Shown piece by piece: positions 57,702 to 64,000 of a DNA stretch of 64,000 nucleotides. Position 1 is the first letter of the stretch; every line of letters begins with the position of its first letter. A program made the position numbers and the translations under genes. Source of the stretch: a virus; IMG/VR virus record IMGVR_UViG_3300020472_000016, positions 17,535 through 81,534 of that record. The stretch is one strand, 5' to 3'. Below the pieces are notes generated by a model that was given only the letters and a program-made list of their open reading frames with translations, was not told where the DNA came from and made no database searches.

Positions 57702-60700
57702 ATGGCAAATAGAATACAATTAAGACGTGACGGTGCACAGCAGTGGGCTAACGTCAATCCAATCCTTGCTCAGGGTGAGTTGGGTATCGAATTAGATACT
57801 TCTCGACTGAAGATAGGAGATGGTGTAACCCCATGGAACTCACTTAAGTATGAGCGTCCACTAGAAACAGAATCGAACACTGCTAATACACTTGTTAAGA
57901 GAGATGCTGACGGTAACTTTGAGGCAGGTGCCATTACTGCTTCACTTATCGGAAACTCTGCTACTGCAACTCGTCTCGCTTCTGCACGTAGTTTCACCTT
58001 AACAGGTGACATGTCTGGTTCTGCTAGCTTTGATGGATCAGCAAACATTAATATTACTGCAGAATTAAACTATCAACCTGGATTACCACACTACGATCCT
58101 AATAATTTATCTGCTACTGGTACATATACACAATTAGTAATTGACTCTAGAGGTCGTGTTGTTACAGGTAGTACTCCAACGACTTTGACTGCTTATGGTA
58201 TTGCTGACGCTCAACCATTAAACGGTGAGTTGACATCTCTATCATCCATGTCGGGATTTGGTTTCATATCACGTTCTGCAGATGACACTCTAGTCAATAG
58301 ACAGATCGTTGGTAGTGCTGCTCGTATATTAGTTGCTGATGGTACTGGACAAAGTGCTAACCCAACTATAGACTTAGCAGATACCACTGTTGTTGTGGGT
58401 AGTTACAACCCTGTTGGTAACTTAGACACACCATTGGTGTCAGTAACTTCGGGTGATGAGACAGTTAACACAACCAACTTTACGGTTGATAGATATGGTC
58501 GTTTAACGGCTGCCACTACGTCTGCTATTGCTACTGCTACACAAGGTACAGAAGCAGCAGCGTATGATAATGCTACAGTATATGCAAGAAATGCACAGGT
58601 CAAAAACTCAAGTGATCGCTTGTATCAGGCTATCCTTGCTATTAACGCTGGTGGCGGTGAACCGAGTCACACGGACACCTCCGATACAGGCTCTTGGAGA
58701 TATCTCGGATCTGCTCTAAGTGCTCAGAAAGGACTAGCAGCATTTGATCAAGAAGATTTTGATGTAACTACTTGGTCTGCTGGTAGTGATGAAGGTGGTT
58801 TCGTTAAGATTGCTGATGCTGGTGTAGATAATAACCAGTTACAGAACAGTAGAGTATCATTTGCTGATGGGAATTCTAAAGAAGACTTCGATTTAGATCA
58901 GGAGTTAACAGCAACTACTGGTTATAGAGGTTTTAATTACTTAAACTATGCCAAGATCAACGATACTTCGGGCAACCTCCTCTTCAGTGCTAATAATACT
59001 GGTGATGGTGGTGCTGGTGAAGTTGATATTAATGTAAGAACTGTCTTAAGTGATGCTGATATATTCCTAGATGGTGCTTTAGATCAGTTAATAGAGAAGA
59101 ATGGAGACGGTAGTCTTCAGGTTAAAAATACACAGAATAGTTCTGACGATAGATCATTTAACATCTATTCTACCAACAGTGGAGCTGGTAAGGCATCACT
59201 AAACCTTATTGCTGATGATGGTATAACACTTCATGCTACTGATGCATCAGGTGGTTATCAGCATGGTCGTGTATGTTTTGAGGCATTTCACACCAAGCAG
59301 AATGTACTAGCGTGTGATCCTGTAGGTAACCTTATACTTGACCCCAATGATACTAATGATGCATCATCTGGTGTTGTTGAGATCTGGGGTGACCTCTTAG
59401 TTCAGGGTACAACTACTACAGTTAACAGTACCACATTGACTGTAGATGATCCTATTATTACATTAGGTGGAGATACTGCACCTGTTGCAGATGATAGCAA
59501 AGATCGTGGTGTAGAATTTAGATATTATGACACACAAGCAAGACTCGGATTCTTCGGTTGGGACGAGAGTTACACAAACGCTAACCTATGGTCTGGCACT
59601 GGCGGGATTAGGTTCCTCTACAACGCCACTAACTCCTCTGAAGTTTTCTCTGGCACTGACGCTCCTCTCATTGCTGGCAACCTCGCACTCACAACAAACA
59701 CAGGATCCACCTCGACGACGACTGGGACTCTGGTAGTCACTGGTGGTGTAGGTATATCAGAAAAAGTAAATGTTGGTGACACAGTAACTATTGCTGGTCA
59801 GACAGAAGTTAATAATAATGTATTACTTAAGGCAGATAATAAGTCATTTAATATACAGACTGCTGCTGGAGTAGATAAGTTTACAGTTGATTCTGATAAT
59901 GGTAATACCGTTATCGAAGGTACACTTGATGTACAACTAGAGTCAACAGTAACCGACAATCTCTATGTACAAGCAGACGCTAAAGAATTTGCAGTTAAGA
60001 ATGCTGCTGGCAACACTCAGTTCGTTATCGATTCCGATAATGGTAATACAATTACTGAGGGGACACTTAACGTTAAACTTGGCGTTGACTTTGACACGAC
60101 ACTCAATGTTGATGGTAAGGCAGACTTTAACGCAGACCTTGAGATAGATGGTGACATCACTTCCCATAATGATATAACCATTGATACTACTGGTAAGTGG
60201 TTAAAACTCAATAATGGAAGTGATGATAAGTTCACTGTATCCTCCACAAATGGTAACACAGTTATAGAAGGTACGTTAAACGTAACTAGTGCTACTACAC
60301 TCGCTAACAACTTCACCGCTAATGGTGGTTTGACAACTATTGGTGATGCCAATACTGATGTCTTCACTGTTAACTCAGTCACTACGTTCACTGATAACAT
60401 CACTGTTAATGGAACAGTAGACTTTGACACCACTCTCAATGTAGATGGTGCGGTTGACCTGAATAACACCGTAACGATAGATGGTACAACTACTATCTAC
60501 GACGATGTTATTTTCCAAAGCGACAATAAAGTTTTTAACATAAGGAACAATGCGGCTCAAACACAGTTTGCCATTGATTTTGATAATGGTAACACTGAAA
60601 TTGGTAGGAACGGTCTGGGTTCTGCAACGGTTGGTCTTCTAACCGTTCATGGTGACACCCTATTAAACCGTGACTTAGTAGTTGACGGTGATACTACTAT

Positions 60701-63700
60701 TGGTGATGCCTCTGGAGACTCTCTAACAGTCAACGCAACCCCAACATTTAATGCTAACGTCTCTCTTGCTACTGGAGTTGACCTTACTGTTGGTGGTAAC
60801 GCTACTGTAGATGGTAACCTTGTAGTACATGGAACTACAACTACAGTGAACAGCACTGTGGTGACATTAGATGATCCTATTATTACCTTGGGTGGAGATA
60901 CTGCTCCTGGTTCTGATGATGGTAAGGATCGTGGTGTTGAGTTCAGATACTATAGTGGTTCTGCTAAGGTGGGTTGGTTCGGTTGGGACAACTCTGCTAG
61001 TCGTTTTGCACTCTTTAATGATGCAACTAACTCTAGTGAGGTCTTCGATGGAACTAGATCAGGTATCGATGCTGGTAGTTTAAAACTCTTTAACACTACT
61101 AATGCTACTAACTCTGCTACAGGTACTCTAATAGTTGGTGGTGGTGCTGGTATTGGTCTTGACCTATTTGTTGGTGATGATCTAACAGTTACAGATGATG
61201 CTTCTATCGGTGGAAACCTTGATGTCACAGGAGATTTCGATCTAACTGATGACTTTAGAATTAATACTGCTAAGTTTACAGTTGCTGCCTCTACTGGTAA
61301 CACTGTTATTGCTGGCACAGTCCAAGTAGATGGTAACGCAACCATTGGTAACGGATCAGGAGATCAGCATAGCGTTACTGGAACAGTAACCTTTAACCAA
61401 GCAATTACATCAACAGACATTACTGCTGATAACATTAAGATCGGTGTTGATGCTGCTAATGAGATAAGCACAACTACAGGTAACTTAGTTCTTGACTCTG
61501 ATGGTGGTACAGTTAATGTCACTGATGACCTAGACGTAGACAACAATCTAAATGTTGATGGAAACGCTAAAGTCGATGGTACTCTTACAGTTGATGGTAA
61601 TGCCACTATCGGTAATGCTTCTGGTGACGCACACAGTGTTACTGGAACAGTTGCCTTTAACCAAGCCATTACCTCGACAGATATTACTGCTGATGATATT
61701 AGGATCGGCGTGGATGCTAGTAACGAAATTAGTACAGTTACTGGGAACCTTGTCTTAGACTCTGCTGGTGGTAAAGTACACATCACAGACAATGCTGAGG
61801 TAGATGGAACGTTCCAAGTAGATGGAAATGCTACTATTGGATCTTCTTCTAGTGATACACATAGTGTCACAGGTACGGTTCAGTTTAACCAAGCATTAAC
61901 TACAACAGATATCACGGCTGATAACATTAAGATCGCTGTCGATGGTTCATCTGAAATTAGCACTAGCACTGGTGACTTCACTATAGACTCTGCAACTGGT
62001 GAGACTATAGTCGATGACAACCTCACTATAAATGGAACTCTTGACGTTGATGCATTAACTACGATTACTGATTCGTTTAACGTTAAGGCAGACAACAAAT
62101 TACTTACAGTACAGACTGGATCTGCTGCAACAGTATTCAGTGTTGATACTGACAATGGTAATACTGACATCCAAGGAACTCTGGATGTTAATGGTGCAAC
62201 AACCATTACCAACACACTTAATGTCACACAGGCAGTAGACCTAGACACTACACTGAATGTAGATGGTACTGCAACAATACAGGATGACTTGATTGTTAAG
62301 TCTGATGCCAAGTACTTTAAGGTGCAGACTGCTGCTGGTGCAGATAAGTTTACAATTGATACTGATAACGGAAATACCGTTACAGAGGGAACTCTAGATG
62401 TAAATGGTGCAACGAATGTCACCAATACATTAGGAGTAACTGGACTTACATCCCTCACCAATAACACTAACCCAACATCACTATCTGGCAATGCTGCTTT
62501 GATGGTAACTGCTGGTGGTGTAACTGTTGACGAAGATGTATACGTTGGTTCTGATCTATTCTTAGGACCTAACGCTGCTACTACTATCACTCTAAACGGT
62601 GCTTCTGGTAATGCCAACTTTGGAGGAACCCTTGATGTAACAGGTACTTCCACACTAACCACAGTCAATGCTTCCAGTGTAACCACAACTGCTGGTGTAA
62701 CAGTCGGTGGTTCTATTATCGTTAACTCTACTAAGTTCACAGTTGCTGGTGCAACTGGTAACACAGTTATTGACGGTACTTTAGATGTTAACGAAGCAAC
62801 AACAGTCACTGCTGACCTTAATGTAACAGGTGCAGTTGACTTTGATACTACTCTGAATGTAGATGGTAACTCCACATTCAGTGGAACTATCACACAGAAC
62901 AGTACATCACTCTTTAAAGATGATGTTGTACTAAGAGGATCTACTAAGACATTAAAACTTCAGAATGGTTCTAGTACAACTAAGGTAGAACTACAATCCA
63001 CCTCAGGTAACATTATTGCTGCTGGATTAACCACAACTAATAGTCTTGACGTAACAACCAACACCACCATTGGTGGCACACTCGGTGTAACGGGACAGAT
63101 CACTGGTAATGTAACTGGTGCTCTGACTGGTAATGCTGATACTGCAACTCTAGTTGGTATTACAGACACTACCTCATCAAACTTAACTTACTATCCTGCA
63201 TTCGTTTCTTCGAATACAGGTAATACTGAGGTACGTACAGACTCTACTAACCTTACCTATAACCCATCTACTAACAGACTAACAGTTAGTAACTTCAGAT
63301 CAACTACTGACTTTGAGGTTCAGGGTAACTTAACCATTACTGGTACGATTACATACGGTCAGTCACAGGTTGGTAGTATTGCTAACCACGACACTGATGA
63401 TCTATCAGAAGGATCAGCGAACCTATACTTCACTAATGAGAGAGTTGATGATAGAGTCGATGCCCTAATCACAGGTGGTACAGGTATTACTGCGACTTAT
63501 GATGACGCAGGTAACATCTTGACCTTGAGTACTACTCAGGCAGATATTAATACCGACAATGTTACTGAAGGTTCCACCAACCTATTCACAACTGCTGCAA
63601 GAACTAGAGGACACTTTACATATGGTACTGGTATTACTCACAGCGGTGGTACTCTTTCCGTTACTCAGTCTGATATTGATACCGACAATGTAACTGAAGG

Positions 63701-64000
63701 ATCTACTAACCTCTTTACTACTGCTGCTAGGACTCGTGGACATTTAAGTGTCTCTGGAGATCTAGCATACAACGCATCTACTGGTGTATTCTCATACACA
63801 ACTCCAACTACTATCGCATCTCTATCCAACCATGATACAGATGATGTAGCAGAAGGATCAAATCTATACTATACAGATGAGAGAGTTGATGACAGATTAA
63901 ATGCTGTTATCGTTGCTGGTACTGGTGTTACTAAGGTCTATGACGACGCTGCAAACACTTATACATTATCTGTTACTCAAGTCGATATCAATTCTGATAA
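57702..64000 (+). CDS. long tail fibre protein (3' truncated, about 2100 aa in window)
   Basis: ATG 57702 MANRIQLRRDGAQQWANVNPILAQGELGIELDTSRLKIGDGVTPWNSLKY (Mtd/hyaluronidase-type fibre N-terminus); frame still open at window end, hence absent from the track; many internal repeats. Confidence 0.88.
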   Translation, partial: MANRIQLRRDGAQQWANVNPILAQGELGIELDTSRLKIGDGVTPWNSLKYERPLETESNTANTLVKRDADGNFEAGAITASLIGNSATATRLASARSFTLTGDMSGSASFDGSANINITAELNYQPGLPHYDPNNLSATGTYTQLVIDSRGRVVTGSTPTTLTAYGIADAQPLNGELTSLSSMSGFGFISRSADDTLVNRQIVGSAARILVADGTGQSANPTIDLADTTVVVGSYNPVGNLDTPLVSVTSGDETVNTTNFTVDRYGRLTAATTSAIATATQGTEAAAYDNATVYARNAQVKNSSDRLYQAILAINAGGGEPSHTDTSDTGSWRYLGSALSAQKGLAAFDQEDFDVTTWSAGSDEGGFVKIADAGVDNNQLQNSRVSFADGNSKEDFDLDQELTATTGYRGFNYLNYAKINDTSGNLLFSANNTGDGGAGEVDINVRTVLSDADIFLDGALDQLIEKNGDGSLQVKNTQNSSDDRSFNIYSTNSGAGKASLNLIADDGITLHATDASGGYQHGRVCFEAFHTKQNVLACDPVGNLILDPNDTNDASSGVVEIWGDLLVQGTTTTVNSTTLTVDDPIITLGGDTAPVADDSKDRGVEFRYYDTQARLGFFGWDESYTNANLWSGTGGIRFLYNATNSSEVFSGTDAPLIAGNLALTTNTGSTSTTTGTLVVTGGVGISEKVNVGDTVTIAGQTEVNNNVLLKADNKSFNIQTAAGVDKFTVDSDNGNTVIEGTLDVQLESTVTDNLYVQADAKEFAVKNAAGNTQFVIDSDNGNTITEGTLNVKLGVDFDTTLNVDGKADFNADLEIDGDITSHNDITIDTTGKWLKLNNGSDDKFTVSSTNGNTVIEGTLNVTSATTLANNFTANGGLTTIGDANTDVFTVNSVTTFTDNITVNGTVDFDTTLNVDGAVDLNNTVTIDGTTTIYDDVIFQSDNKVFNIRNNAAQTQFAIDFDNGNTEIGRNGLGSATVGLLTVHGDTLLNRDLVVDGDTTIGDASGDSLTVNATPTFNANVSLATGVDLTVGGNATVDGNLVVHGTTTTVNSTVVTLDDPIITLGGDTAPGSDDGKDRGVEFRYYSGSAKVGWFGWDNSASRFALFNDATNSSEVFDGTRSGIDAGSLKLFNTTNATNSATGTLIVGGGAGIGLDLFVGDDLTVTDDASIGGNLDVTGDFDLTDDFRINTAKFTVAASTGNTVIAGTVQVDGNATIGNGSGDQHSVTGTVTFNQAITSTDITADNIKIGVDAANEISTTTGNLVLDSDGGTVNVTDDLDVDNNLNVDGNAKVDGTLTVDGNATIGNASGDAHSVTGTVAFNQAITSTDITADDIRIGVDASNEISTVTGNLVLDSAGGKVHITDNAEVDGTFQVDGNATIGSSSSDTHSVTGTVQFNQALTTTDITADNIKIAVDGSSEISTSTGDFTIDSATGETIVDDNLTINGTLDVDALTTITDSFNVKADNKLLTVQTGSAATVFSVDTDNGNTDIQGTLDVNGATTITNTLNVTQAVDLDTTLNVDGTATIQDDLIVKSDAKYFKVQTAAGADKFTIDTDNGNTVTEGTLDVNGATNVTNTLGVTGLTSLTNNTNPTSLSGNAALMVTAGGVTVDEDVYVGSDLFLGPNAATTITLNGASGNANFGGTLDVTGTSTLTTVNASSVTTTAGVTVGGSIIVNSTKFTVAGATGNTVIDGTLDVNEATTVTADLNVTGAVDFDTTLNVDGNSTFSGTITQNSTSLFKDDVVLRGSTKTLKLQNGSSTTKVELQSTSGNIIAAGLTTTNSLDVTTNTTIGGTLGVTGQITGNVTGALTGNADTATLVGITDTTSSNLTYYPAFVSSNTGNTEVRTDSTNLTYNPSTNRLTVSNFRSTTDFEVQGNLTITGTITYGQSQVGSIANHDTDDLSEGSANLYFTNERVDDRVDALITGGTGITATYDDAGNILTLSTTQADINTDNVTEGSTNLFTTAARTRGHFTYGTGITHSGGTLSVTQSDIDTDNVTEGSTNLFTTAARTRGHLSVSGDLAYNASTGVFSYTTPTTIASLSNHDTDDVAEGSNLYYTDERVDDRLNAVIVAGTGVTKVYDDAANTYTLSVTQVDINSD

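Noticed and set aside
57702-57860. Diversity-generating retroelement suggested by the Mtd-like fibre N-terminus
   Set aside because: This N-terminal motif is a generic fibre attachment domain; no reverse transcriptase or template/variable repeat pair seen in the window
14338-63169. Numerous minus-strand ORFs (e.g. 61880-62893, 61364-61870, 53502-53924, 22448-22789) and short out-of-frame plus-strand ORFs
   Set aside because: They lie wholly inside long + strand structural genes. They are antisense or shifted shadows of Gly/Thr/Val-rich codon bias, with no motifs, SD sites or promoters.

Overview
About 64 kb of a T4-like marine cyanomyovirus genome (P-SSM2/S-SSM-type gene order, AT-rich, host probably Prochlorococcus or Synechococcus). 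All credible genes are on the + strand. (1) 1-~8.1 kb is an accessory/early island. It holds an orphan restriction-endonuclease-like gene, two 2OG-Fe(II) oxygenases, about 25 small ORFs (many below the ORF-track cut-off), an NlpC/P60 peptidase and an AbrB-like protein. Its sigma70-type promoters share a palindromic GACA-N10-TG(T/C) box starting exactly 50 nt before the -10 hexamer. One box serves two divergent promoters beside an AT-rich tract and TTTTCCACA (cyanobacterial DnaA-box) repeats, a candidate replication origin. A structured ~100-nt RNA follows the first promoter. (2) 8.1-64 kb is the late baseplate/tail module: a 1375-aa virion protein, PAAR spike tip, a basic peptide coupled to a SET-domain protein, gp25, gp6, a 9152-aa gp7-like protein, a YHYH protein, a gp9/10-type fibre ending in a cupredoxin-like domain, gp8, a VrlC-like protein and a long tail fibre running off the window. 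The most striking signal is in the giant gp7-like protein. It has 6-7 helical repeats that read like phycobiliprotein (phycocyanin/allophycocyanin) subunits, with Cys at positions equivalent to both bilin-attachment sites. These are nested Russian-doll style with 23 Cys/Asp/His beta-domains, suggesting a possibly chromophore- or metal-decorated virion. All family calls come from reading motifs by eye; no database search was run.
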